Shown here: in pieces, positions 20,499 to 30,386 of the stretch
Layout: each line of letters opens with the position of its first letter
How positions within the stretch are numbered: the first letter of the stretch is position 1
NCBI GenBank assembly: GCA_963787835.1
Contig: CAWBEI010000002.1
Span: 480,001-544,000, forward strand
Direction: 5' to 3'
Origin: Ignavibacteriota bacterium
GTDB lineage: Bacteria; Bacteroidota; Ignavibacteria; Palsa-1295
DNA: 64,000 bases
Program-made: the position numbers and the translations under genes
Notes under the pieces: model-generated
Database searches by the model: none
Seen by the model: only the letters and a program-made list of their open reading frames with translations
What the model was told of the DNA's origin: nothing

Positions 20499-23400
20499 TT
20501 ACTGTTTTTCGATGGTGAGCTTGCTCGAGAGCGTGGCGCTGCGGCCGTCGGCTCCGGTGGCGGTCATCTCATAGAGATAGCTGCCGCTCGGTAGCGAGGT
20601 CAGGTCGAGCTTCACGTTCTGGGTGCCCGCCTCGAACGACTGGTTCGTCACCTCGCTGTTGACCACCTTGCCCGTCACGTCCATCACCCGCAGCGTTACC
20701 TGCGAGGCTTCCGGAAGCGTGAACGATACCTCCGTCACACCGGCCGAGGGATTCGGATAGCTCTGGCCCAGTGTAAAGCCAAGCTGGCTTGCATCCGGAC
20801 CCAGTTCCACCGTATTCGAGTACGTCTCCGCACCCGTCTCATCGACCGCCGCAATGCGGTACGTGTACGACTGCGAAGGATCCAGACCCGTGATCGAGGA
20901 GGCATAGTCCGTCTGATCCGCGACCGCCGTCACCGGATGCAGCACCGTCCAGCTGTTCTGGTTCTGCTGCTCCACATCGTAGCGTACCACGTTCGGCAAG
21001 CCTACCACATCCCACGTGATCGTCGCGGCATTACCGCTGACCCGCTGAATGCTCGCACTCACATTGTCGATCGGTAGGATCGTACCATTGTGACTGCGGA
21101 AGAAGGCAAAGGCTGCTGCAAGCGTTCGTGTCGTACCGCTCGTCAATGCATCCTGTGCCGCCGTGCTCGGAGACGTCTGGTGCGGGTTCGCCCAGTCAAA
21201 GGCATAGAACACCGTGTTCACCAGGGGATCGTAATACGATACACCCGCTCCATTGTTCGGATTGCTGTACGAGTAGTTCGAGTACGTGTACGCATACCCG
21301 TTGACCTTCGGACCCACCGCAGGCGTCGTCAGGGATGGCATGATCACGTTCGGTGTCAGGCTCGAGGTCAGATCCGTCGAGCATTCCTCGCAGTCACTCC
21401 CGTTCGGATTGACCGGGATCGAAAGGCTGTCCGCAAACGTCCAGTACGCCGGCTGCTGGCCCACGATCCGGCCAATATACGAGGAACTCGTCGGGTAGTT
21501 CGCCACATACTGTGTGTGCATCGTCGATTGCATCCATTGCGTATCCGTCACCGGATTGTTCGACTGCACATACCCATTGTAGTAGGCAATGTGCTGGCCC
21601 GCGATCACAAGGCTCTTCTTCGCATAGCTCTGCCCTGCGCCCAGATACCGCGTGATCTCATCCGTCTCCTGCAGCGTCGGACCGCCCTGACCCGTCGACT
21701 GACCGGCAACCGGGGCAACGCCCGGATCGCCGCTCGACCACACGATCGTCCACCACGGCGTGTAATCGATGATCGTCGTGTTCGGAAGGCCCTTCGGAGC
21801 GTTACGGTCGATCGTGTCGAACGGTACCCCTAATCGGTTCAACGCCGCGATCACCGAATCACGGTTCTGACGGCCATCCGAGGCCGCACCATTATAGGAA
21901 AGCAATACCGCATTCTGCTTCAACAGGATCGTAAACGTCTTCGTCTGCGAGTTGTTCGCGTCGTTCTGGTCGTTCGGGACGCTCACCGTTACCCGGAACA
22001 CCCCCGTGCTGTTCGACGCCGTCAACGCCGGACCCTGGAACGCGACGCTCTTCGACTCGCCCACCTGCCACGTCAACGGGGCAGACGTGCCCGTATACAC
22101 CGTCGTCCATACACCATTGACCGAACGCTGCACCGTCGCCGTGACCTTCTGGCTATAGACGCCTACGCTCGATAGGTTCTTCACCACGCCCGTGATCCAT
22201 AACGGACTCTCCGTCGTCACTAAGGACGTGTCGCTCGTCTGCGAGAACCCGCCCGGCTGTGAGATCTCTAAGACCGCAAGATCGTTCGTGAACTGGAACC
22301 CGTCCCATTCATCCGCCCCGATGTCCGGGCTCGGATTGTTCTGCGAACGAACGTCTCCGTCGAAATCATGAGCCTCCGACGACGTACCAAGCCACGCGCC
22401 GTTGTTCGAGGCCGGACTTTCGATGTACGTCAAGGCCGGTGGCATGTGCAACGAATCCACTCCCATCGCTGGCGTACCGAACAACGGATCGCCCGATAAC
22501 GAGTGGCTGTCCTGACCCACATACGTACGCCAGTCGTTCAAACGGCGGAAGTACAGGCTCTGGAATACCGTCCCATACCGTGCGTCGTACTCCGTCACCG
22601 AGTCGAAGACGTTCGTGCCACGCAAATCGAATACGTTATAGTCCGAACTGATCGAACTTGCATACGGACGAGGTACCTCTAAGTTGTAGTTCGTGTACGG
22701 ACCGGTGCCCGTGTTCTGGAAAATGTTGTTCCAGATGAACGCGTGCTTCGCGTATTTGATCGTGATGTTCGATGTCGCGTTGTTCGTCGAGATCGAGTTG
22801 TTGAACACCGAATCCTTGTCCGTCGAATACGGAACCGTGCCCGACGTCGAAGAGATCGTCGTCATCAGGATCGGGAACACCTTCCCCGCGCTCGTACGAA
22901 GGTCTAAGATCATGTTGTTCGTCAATCGGTTCTGCGTTACCGCCGGTAACGTCGATTTCACATTCGTCAGACCCGTGCTCGTGTACTGCCACGACGACTG
23001 CTGCAGCGCGATCCCATGCGTGTTGCCCGCTGCCGATGTCATGATACGGATCCGGTTCGCATCGATCCAGGCACCCGTCACGTTACCCGTGTCACCCGCC
23101 CACTGAGGGTTCGAAGGCGGGCCGATGTACGTGTTCATGTTCGGCTGTACAATGCCATACACATTCCACGTCGCTCCGCCGCCCTGCGGTACTACGTTCG
23201 CGTTCACGTTCGAGATCTCGTTGTGTGAGATCACGATCCCGGTCTCGCTGTTGAACTGGATGCCCGCGTACGATAATGGGTTCGACGACGTACCTACCGT
23301 GTTCCGCGTGATCACGTCATTGTAGTTGCGCCACGTCGTGTACGCACCCTTCACCGGATCGTACGCATCGTGGTACCCGTGATCGTAGATCCCATACTTC

Positions 23401-26159
23401 GCATTGCCAAGCTCGCAATTATTAACCACGAGATTGTTCATCGCTACGGTATCGCGAATACCCGAGCCATAGACATAGAAGTTGTGCTCGTTGTAGATAC
23501 GGACCGCCGAGCACGAGTCGTTCGCGAACATCCCGTTCCCGTGGATCACCAGATCCTTCAGCGTGATGTTGCTCGCACCGTATTCGATACCGAAGACCGC
23601 ACCCGCCTTCGTCTCGTTGCTGACGATCGTCAAGCCGCGCTTCAAGGGCTCGGCCGTCACCTTGTCCGGGGACGGAACCGTCGACGGGTTATAGCCCTCG
23701 AAGTTCATATAACCAGGGAAGTGGTCGCCCATGTAAAAACAGAATGGCTGTGAGCCGCTGAACGTGATCGTCGGATTTTGGCCCGGATATGGGATCCACG
23801 TCACCGTCGAACTCGCCGAAAGGCCGTTGATCTGGCCAAGGTCCACCGCGCCATACGGAGAGGCCACATCGGTGTTCCCGTTCTCCGTGTAGGACGCATC
23901 CGTCAGGATCATCCGTACGTTCGCTCCGATACCGCGGAACCGCATCGTGTCCACCGCCTGATGGATCGTCTGGAACTGGCGCCCTACGCCCACATAGTAA
24001 TCGCCCTTCAAACGGTCAATGATCGAAAACTGCGTGCACGACGTGTCGTTCGTCTGGTTCTCGTCGCTGCCCGCGCTGCTGCTGAAGTCTGCGATCGCGC
24101 ACAGCGTGTAGCATCCCGGCGGGATCGTCGCGATCGTGTGGTATGCACCCGCGTTCGCTGTCGTTGGAAACTTGAACAGCACCTGACCCTGGTCGATGTT
24201 CAAGGCATCTTCTACCGTATCCGACTGGAATGCCAGCAACCCATCCGAACAACGGCGGATCTGGCAACGGATCTTGAAGCTGAACAGGTCCGATACACCC
24301 ACCGACTGGAACAGCGCCGATGGCTGCCACGTCGTCAAATACGGCTTCTCTTCACCCGGCTGAGGGTTGAACACTCCCACCGAGGCCGCATCGTAAAGTG
24401 GAAGGATCGGCGTCGGAGATTTCGTCGTGTCGTCCGCACGCAGCTGATCGTTACCCATGATCGCAATACCGAAGACCGTATCCACGCCCAGCGTCACCGG
24501 AGTCCACGTCGGGCTTGAAGGGAACGCCGTATCGTAATACGCGCCTCTGCCCGGACCCTGACCGCTCGAGGAATAATCCGTCACCCCATCCGAGTTGCCA
24601 CCCATTGGGCCGGAAGGCCAGTAAGGGATCACGACCGTGTCACGGAAGACCACTTTGCCCGTCGCGTCGTGTACCGTTGCCGTCACCGGTACATTGTATT
24701 GCGTGTCCGTTCCAAGGTTACGGAAACGGATCGAGATCGGCGTAGCAATATCCACCTGGGTTCGGGAACCCGCCGGAGGATTGATCACCGAGACCCCCTT
24801 GATGTCGTTCGGTGGAGCGCACGTCCACTCATCCGTCGATTGGTTGTCTGCGGGATCCTGATCTGCCGTCGGCTGTAGATTGAACACCGTCATCGTGTCC
24901 TCGTAGATCCCATAGCCCGTGCTTTGGGCTTCGCCGAACTGCGCCGCCTGACCTGGCGCAAACTGCGGGAACGTGATCGTCGAATTGCTGAACGCCGCCG
25001 GGATCTGCGAGCTGTTCAGGGTGATCGTCTGATTATATACCTGGCCTACGCCATACTCCGAGATCGTGAAGTTCACCTGGCACGACGTTGAGACCTGCGA
25101 ACCCGAATTTGTAAGGATCGCCGTTGGGGTGAAGTTCGTATTGATCGCCTGTGGAGTTTCGCTGGCAGGATTGGTGATCGTACCAGCCGTCAGATCGTAC
25201 GGCCAAGCGATGAACACACGATAGCTCGATTGCGGGAGCAGAGGCTCCGTCGCGTTGTCTTCCGCTGCATAGCCATAGGCAAAACTGGTGTAGCCACTAT
25301 TAGAATAATTATTGCAGTATTGAACCAACGGTTGATTCGAAGGGCTGCCGCCGTTGCCGTTCCAGCCGATCGTCAGGTAATTACCGCCTGTGGATTTGAC
25401 GGCAGTGTAGCCCGAGTATGATTCGATCAGCCAGCCGCCATAGGAGTAATAATACCCCCAGCTTGAGTTCCACGTCCCGGTCATCGGACCATAATTGAAC
25501 TGGAAGTTCGAGATCCCTGACTCATAGACAACCGTCTGCCAGCTTCCAAAACATTGTGATAAGCCATAATAATAAGAGGGTACAGCATCGGCCTCTACGA
25601 CAAGCTCACGATTCGGAGCCGAGCCGAGAACCGTATAGAGCACGTTATAGCCAGAGCTGGGGCCATCTGTCAAAAACCCTTCGAAGGGGGCCAGCCTGTA
25701 ATTGCCGTAATAGGAGTACCCGTAGTTGTAATCCTCTTCGTTCTCATAGAGGCAGTATGGAATGTAGTCATACACGTACCCATATTCACTTAGAAAAAAC
25801 CAATCGTACCCACCGTAATCGTAGTTGGCAGTGCTGGGCCAGGTGGGGCTGAACACGACCGTGCCATAGTTGTTAAACCGGAACGTGTTTGTCGTCGCGA
25901 TCTGCGTGTTTAAGAACCGGAATGCAAACGGCACCTGATAGGCCGCCGACATTTGTTCGCCATCGTACTGCGATGACAATCCGCCGCTGGTGCCTGTGAC
26001 GGAATGCCAGTTCGAGCCGGAACCTAATCCCTGCGGATCAGGCGTATCGACCTTCCGGACGAAGTAGCTGGTCATCGTGTACGTTTGCGCCTGCGCAACC
26101 TCGGAGGAAATGATTCCGAGCGCGAAAAGCGCGAGAAGAAAAGCGTAGAGTTTTTTCAT
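20499..26159 (-). CDS. giant T9SS-secreted surface protein, copy B
   Basis: paralog of copy A; C-terminal ~1,450 aa nearly identical, N-terminal ~320 aa divergent with indels. Confidence 0.85.
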   Translation of the reverse strand: MKKLYAFLLALFALGIISSEVAQAQTYTMTSYFVRKVDTPDPQGLGSGSNWHSVTGTSGGLSSQYDGEQMSAAYQVPFAFRFLNTQIATTNTFRFNNYGTVVFSPTWPSTANYDYGGYDWFFLSEYGYVYDYIPYCLYENEEDYNYGYSYYGNYRLAPFEGFLTDGPSSGYNVLYTVLGSAPNRELVVEADAVPSYYYGLSQCFGSWQTVVYESGISNFQFNYGPMTGTWNSSWGYYYSYGGWLIESYSGYTAVKSTGGNYLTIGWNGNGGSPSNQPLVQYCNNYSNSGYTSFAYGYAAEDNATEPLLPQSSYRVFIAWPYDLTAGTITNPASETPQAINTNFTPTAILTNSGSQVSTSCQVNFTISEYGVGQVYNQTITLNSSQIPAAFSNSTITFPQFAPGQAAQFGEAQSTGYGIYEDTMTVFNLQPTADQDPADNQSTDEWTCAPPNDIKGVSVINPPAGSRTQVDIATPISIRFRNLGTDTQYNVPVTATVHDATGKVVFRDTVVIPYWPSGPMGGNSDGVTDYSSSGQGPGRGAYYDTAFPSSPTWTPVTLGVDTVFGIAIMGNDQLRADDTTKSPTPILPLYDAASVGVFNPQPGEEKPYLTTWQPSALFQSVGVSDLFSFKIRCQIRRCSDGLLAFQSDTVEDALNIDQGQVLFKFPTTANAGAYHTIATIPPGCYTLCAIADFSSSAGSDENQTNDTSCTQFSIIDRLKGDYYVGVGRQFQTIHQAVDTMRFRGIGANVRMILTDASYTENGNTDVASPYGAVDLGQINGLSASSTVTWIPYPGQNPTITFSGSQPFCFYMGDHFPGYMNFEGYNPSTVPSPDKVTAEPLKRGLTIVSNETKAGAVFGIEYGASNITLKDLVIHGNGMFANDSCSAVRIYNEHNFYVYGSGIRDTVAMNNLVVNNCELGNAKYGIYDHGYHDAYDPVKGAYTTWRNYNDVITRNTVGTSSNPLSYAGIQFNSETGIVISHNEISNVNANVVPQGGGATWNVYGIVQPNMNTYIGPPSNPQWAGDTGNVTGAWIDANRIRIMTSAAGNTHGIALQQSSWQYTSTGLTNVKSTLPAVTQNRLTNNMILDLRTSAGKVFPILMTTISSTSGTVPYSTDKDSVFNNSISTNNATSNITIKYAKHAFIWNNIFQNTGTGPYTNYNLEVPRPYASSISSDYNVFDLRGTNVFDSVTEYDARYGTVFQSLYFRRLNDWRTYVGQDSHSLSGDPLFGTPAMGVDSLHMPPALTYIESPASNNGAWLGTSSEAHDFDGDVRSQNNPSPDIGADEWDGFQFTNDLAVLEISQPGGFSQTSDTSLVTTESPLWITGVVKNLSSVGVYSQKVTATVQRSVNGVWTTVYTGTSAPLTWQVGESKSVAFQGPALTASNSTGVFRVTVSVPNDQNDANNSQTKTFTILLKQNAVLLSYNGAASDGRQNRDSVIAALNRLGVPFDTIDRNAPKGLPNTTIIDYTPWWTIVWSSGDPGVAPVAGQSTGQGGPTLQETDEITRYLGAGQSYAKKSLVIAGQHIAYYNGYVQSNNPVTDTQWMQSTMHTQYVANYPTSSSYIGRIVGQQPAYWTFADSLSIPVNPNGSDCEECSTDLTSSLTPNVIMPSLTTPAVGPKVNGYAYTYSNYSYSNPNNGAGVSYYDPLVNTVFYAFDWANPHQTSPSTAAQDALTSGTTRTLAAAFAFFRSHNGTILPIDNVSASIQRVSGNAATITWDVVGLPNVVRYDVEQQNQNSWTVLHPVTAVADQTDYASSITGLDPSQSYTYRIAAVDETGAETYSNTVELGPDASQLGFTLGQSYPNPSAGVTEVSFTLPEASQVTLRVMDVTGKVVNSEVTNQSFEAGTQNVKLDLTSLPSGSYLYEMTATGADGRSATLSSKLTIEKQ

Positions 26160-26268
26160 AGACTTCTAATGAATGGAAAATAAGTGACTACAATTCTGTT
26201 GCCCGAAGGATGGCCGGTTATTCAAAACAATACCAAAAGAACCGGAGGGTTTCCCCCAGGTATTTACT

Positions 26269-26296
26269 CGACACGCCAAAACCACCGAAAGTTACA
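26269..26296 (-). promoter_or_regulatory. ECF-type promoter TGTAACTTT-N12-CGTGTCG upstream of copy B
   Basis: same motif as upstream of copy A and of the ECF sigma gene. Confidence 0.7.
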
Positions 26297-26366
26297 TCCA
26301 GTTCACGATTTTTTATGTATTCTTAAGGAGTGCCTGGGATAAGCAGGGAAATTCTTTCTAAAGATC

Positions 26367-29300
26367 CTACCGGTCAATAATAAAAGGAGTGGCAACCCGC
26401 CATCCAAGCGAGCTCACCTCAAGCATATACCGGCCAGAACTCAAAGCGTCCATCGGTATATTAATGGTATAAGTGCCACGGGTAAAGCTCTGAGCCAGAA
26501 TGTTTGTGATCAATTTCCCCGTCATATCATAGAGTCCGGCTTCAACGAACCCGTCGTTGCCAAGTTGAAGACCGAAACTGGCGGACTCCGAAGCCGGATC
26601 TGGCGTGACTGGTCCTATCGCGTAGTTGCCACCAGGCACGAATTGCCCATTCAATCCAGTGCAATCCGTCACCACAACGCTTCCACGGGTTACCTCAATA
26701 TTTACTGAAGTATCGGTCGTAAGTTTGAGCCCGATCGCAGAGGATGCTCGCGGGCCGAGCAGCGTCAGCCACGAAATGGCTTCTATAAAACCTGGGTTGC
26801 TGAAATCGATCGTTTCAGAAAAAGCAACGGAATCCTGCAAAACGGAATGCGCAGGGCTTGTAAACCCACTGATAAAAGCAACAACGGATGGATCGTAGGT
26901 AACAGCGACACTTGCCGGATATTGGCCTTTCAGCGATGATGAATCAAGACGGATCGTTGTGACAACAGTATCGCCTGCACGCGCCGCCGCATTAGAAATA
27001 GTGAAATGTGCCCAGAGACTTCCCTCTTTGAACCCTGTTCCACGAAGTGCCAATTTGAATGGCTGACCGATATTCGGATAGAGCGTCGCTGTATCGATCT
27101 CTGTGCCGGAGTCCGATGGACAAAAACGAAACTTCACTTCTGCCGATCCGAAAGATGGAACCAGAATCGGCATTGAAGAAGCAGGTTGAAACGCTGAACT
27201 CTTCCAGGCAATGGAGTCGATCGATACAGAGGGCCCACACGGGTTCCCGATGAGCGAGGAATCTTCGCCGCAATCCGGCACGAGAACGGAATCGAAGTCA
27301 ATACTTTCTGCGGCCAGACCGCTATCAATTCCTTTTCCGGATAGAATAATATCAATAGTAGAATCGCAGCCGGCATCACCCAAGATAAGTTGGACAGTGT
27401 CCAACATTTCGACGGTATCCGACGGCTCCGATGGGGTAAACGAAAATCGTAATGAGGAAATCTGGCCAGGAAGCATCCGGCTCACAGTATCCAGGATGGC
27501 GAACCGTCCTCCTGAATTGAGATTAGAAATCGAAACGGCAAGCGTGTCAAGCCCGAGATTGACCAAGCTATCGCCGGCCATCACACTATCGCTGATGCAG
27601 ACAAAATGAAATGGAACGACCGAATCGAAATGAACCTGTGCGCCCACCACTCGATACGAAAGGATCGTAGAAAGAATAGTATCGGAAAGCTGATAGAGGA
27701 TCGTATCGGTAAATCGCCCAGTGGAATCGGGAACCCATGAAATTTGCACAGGATAACGCTCGTTCGGCTGGAGTATCACATCGATGCTATCGTGTTGGGG
27801 AGGCTCTTTACGTTGCAATGTTTGGAGCGTGATGGTGTCATTCCCTAAGTTTGAGATAGTATCGGTAAAGGTGATGGTGTGTCCTAAGCAATTCGGCCCA
27901 AGATCATGTGCTCCAAGCGACGATGCAAGACGACTCACTCCTACACCTGCTAATTCGATCGAATCCTGACGGTCATCGAGCGCTTGCGTTTGTCGAACAT
28001 CGCCCGAATCCGTTGGGCAAAATGTAAGGATCAGCATTCTTTTCTGCGAAGGTGCAATTGCGGTATCAGGCGGATCGAGCCTCATAGAAAAAGGTGGAGT
28101 GTTCCACGAACTACGATCAAGGTAAAGCGTATCCGCTCCGGCGGAAAGAAGAGACACGGTGTCACTCTTGCACTGCCCGATCGGTACATTCCCAAAGTTG
28201 ACATTCGATGGGGAGATCACGAGGGAATCCTGCCTTACAAGTCCTGTTCCAAAGAGGGTCATAACTTTGGTTGAATCGGTTGGATCGTTAGAAAGGAATG
28301 TGATAGCGGCCACATCAGAAGCTGCAGAATCCGGGCAGAATTCTACCTGAAGTGTATCCGACTGGGATGGAGGGATCCGAAGCGCGGTATCGGGAACCAG
28401 TGAAAACCCGGAAGGGCCGGAGATGGAACCTTTGCCAATCGAGAGCGGTGCTTCCCCTTCATTCCGGATGACCAGCGCAAGTGTTTTGCAGCGGCCAACG
28501 CGCACGGTTCCAAAATCCAGTGTATCCTGAACAACAAGGAATGGCGATGCCGAATGGGAAATGATCGCCATGCTGACATCAGACACCAGCCAGCCCGGTT
28601 CATAGGTGAAGTGCATTGGATCGGATGATGGCTGGTTTACTTCAACAAACGCGACCACATAGAGCAAGGAGTCATGTAAAAGTGGTAACCATTTTGCCCA
28701 ATTCCCGGCCGGAGCTCGAACGGTGTCAACCCACTCCCAATCCGTGTGTTGCGTTCTATAGAATATCCTAATGGTATCGAGCGTATTTGTGAGATCCTGA
28801 GCGGTTCCCGTTACAAGCACAGAACCGTTCGAATTCACAATGGTCGGCGTGGGCACGACAGCGATGCCCTCAGTCCAGACCGGCGATAGTTGTTGAGCCG
28901 GAGTCATGTTCGAAGCACCATCTATACGTACGCGCCCAAGCCCACCAAGCCCACCAGCAAACCCAGATGAATCTATGCCCGGTTGACCTGCATTTCCACC
29001 ATCGACATTAATACTTGTAGAAGAACCACGAATGCCTTTTGGACTTGCCAGATAGATCGCACCACCTGATCCGCCGCCGCCGCCCGCAGCAATTTCTATG
29101 CCCGAAGTGCCTGAATCTCCTCGCGCGCTGAACGTTGAAGAAATTGCGACTATCGAATCGAAAGAAACCAGTTCGATCGCACCACCACCACCACCGCCCG
29201 AACCACCTAACGTACCATCGCCAAGATCGACCGAATTTCCCGCACCGCCGCCGGAACCTCCCGCAAGCGGCACGAGAAATCTTCCACCATTTACTTGACC

Positions 29301-30386
29301 GCCATTCGCCCCGTTCCCAAATTGCTGATCAAAACCACCAATGCCCGCAGTACCAAATCCCCCACCTCCGCCGCCGTATTCAATGAACGGATTAACATCC
29401 TCTCCTCCGCCGGAACCGCCACCAAAACCGCCAGATGACGATGGCGATGAACCCAAACTTGCCACACCGCTCATTCCATAGGGCGCACCGGTACCACCAC
29501 CACCACCCTGATCATCCGGATTACTTTGCCCTCCCACGACACCGGTCGCAGCGCCTCCTCCGGATGCGCCAAGCGTATCGAACCCCTCAGAAGCGGAACC
29601 GGAATTCCCAAGTGAATCGCTCGGGCAACTTCCTCCGCCAGTGAAACCTATTCCGCCGGCACCGCCCCAACCATGTCCACCCCCACCGCCACCGGGGCCC
29701 CCGTTGATACCTTCGGCATCGACGGAGACCGTCGAATTCGAAAGGCGAACCGGTCCTTTGGAAAGAAGCACAACCGGAAGGAGTCTTGGGTTGCTCGGGA
29801 ACGTATCAGGGTTAATTGTTGAAAAAAAGATATGTGCGTTCGTAACGATGAGCGAATCAACCAATAAGGTATTGCTTCCCGAGAGCTGGCCAAATCCATC
29901 ACCGATGGTGGTATCCTGTGTGATGGGGCCTAAGTGTTGCAGCGAATCAATATAAAAATTTACCGTGTCGGACTGCCCCAATAGCGGGCTAAATACAAAA
30001 AATGGCACTGACCCAAACGAGGCGCCGGGTACAATAAAGAGGGGGATCTGAAGCACCCTCCCATTCCAGGTAACGATGGTTGGTCCGACGATCACACGAT
30101 CGGTGTCCGCAGCATTTAATAGAACAAAGCGTACCGAGGAATCGAGTGCATCATATCCAAACGGACGGAAGTCGCTCCCGCGCGCAAGAAGTTCCACAAC
30201 TACATTCATTCCCGGCGCGGCACGGTCCGGACGAATCGTTACTATATGACCAACCTGAGCCTGTGCGGGAAACGCGAAAGACAGCGCGAGAATCAATAAC
30301 AACAAATAACCACTAACGAATGATGGATGAAGGAATTTTTCCCCCCATTCACCATTCGCCATTCGTAATTCGTAATTCCTTTTCAT
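26367..30386 (-). CDS. large secreted protein with Gly-rich region, several ASH/Ig-like (choice-of-anchor D-like) domains and T9SS CTD
   Basis: GGSGGGGGGAI repeats; DFGxV..C..N.G...L.I..F.P..L.G.G units; TPDPAS..SGRYML CTD; ATGA overlap with the upstream stop. Confidence 0.8.
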   Translation of the reverse strand: MKRNYELRMANGEWGEKFLHPSFVSGYLLLLILALSFAFPAQAQVGHIVTIRPDRAAPGMNVVVELLARGSDFRPFGYDALDSSVRFVLLNAADTDRVIVGPTIVTWNGRVLQIPLFIVPGASFGSVPFFVFSPLLGQSDTVNFYIDSLQHLGPITQDTTIGDGFGQLSGSNTLLVDSLIVTNAHIFFSTINPDTFPSNPRLLPVVLLSKGPVRLSNSTVSVDAEGINGGPGGGGGGHGWGGAGGIGFTGGGSCPSDSLGNSGSASEGFDTLGASGGGAATGVVGGQSNPDDQGGGGGTGAPYGMSGVASLGSSPSSSGGFGGGSGGGEDVNPFIEYGGGGGGFGTAGIGGFDQQFGNGANGGQVNGGRFLVPLAGGSGGGAGNSVDLGDGTLGGSGGGGGGAIELVSFDSIVAISSTFSARGDSGTSGIEIAAGGGGGSGGAIYLASPKGIRGSSTSINVDGGNAGQPGIDSSGFAGGLGGLGRVRIDGASNMTPAQQLSPVWTEGIAVVPTPTIVNSNGSVLVTGTAQDLTNTLDTIRIFYRTQHTDWEWVDTVRAPAGNWAKWLPLLHDSLLYVVAFVEVNQPSSDPMHFTYEPGWLVSDVSMAIISHSASPFLVVQDTLDFGTVRVGRCKTLALVIRNEGEAPLSIGKGSISGPSGFSLVPDTALRIPPSQSDTLQVEFCPDSAASDVAAITFLSNDPTDSTKVMTLFGTGLVRQDSLVISPSNVNFGNVPIGQCKSDTVSLLSAGADTLYLDRSSWNTPPFSMRLDPPDTAIAPSQKRMLILTFCPTDSGDVRQTQALDDRQDSIELAGVGVSRLASSLGAHDLGPNCLGHTITFTDTISNLGNDTITLQTLQRKEPPQHDSIDVILQPNERYPVQISWVPDSTGRFTDTILYQLSDTILSTILSYRVVGAQVHFDSVVPFHFVCISDSVMAGDSLVNLGLDTLAVSISNLNSGGRFAILDTVSRMLPGQISSLRFSFTPSEPSDTVEMLDTVQLILGDAGCDSTIDIILSGKGIDSGLAAESIDFDSVLVPDCGEDSSLIGNPCGPSVSIDSIAWKSSAFQPASSMPILVPSFGSAEVKFRFCPSDSGTEIDTATLYPNIGQPFKLALRGTGFKEGSLWAHFTISNAAARAGDTVVTTIRLDSSSLKGQYPASVAVTYDPSVVAFISGFTSPAHSVLQDSVAFSETIDFSNPGFIEAISWLTLLGPRASSAIGLKLTTDTSVNIEVTRGSVVVTDCTGLNGQFVPGGNYAIGPVTPDPASESASFGLQLGNDGFVEAGLYDMTGKLITNILAQSFTRGTYTINIPMDALSSGRYMLEVSSLGWRVATPFIIDR

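Larger units (their letters stand above)
14433..26300. repeat. tandem duplication, period 5958 bp
   Basis: 14433 aligns with 20391; near identity to ~18.9 kb/24.9 kb; shadow ORFs of identical sequence recur at +5958. Confidence 0.95.

Noticed and set aside
15132-24878. Long plus-strand ORFs (200-300 aa) opposite the giant genes
   Set aside because: Arg-rich shadow frames caused by the codon bias; no recognisable motifs
14541-26159. Diversity-generating retroelement behind the variable domains
   Set aside because: Differences are not adenine-specific, include many silent changes and indels, and no reverse transcriptase or template repeat is in the window
29040-29700. GC-rich low-complexity tract as a repeat element
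   Set aside because: Fully explained by Gly-rich coding in the 1,339-aa protein
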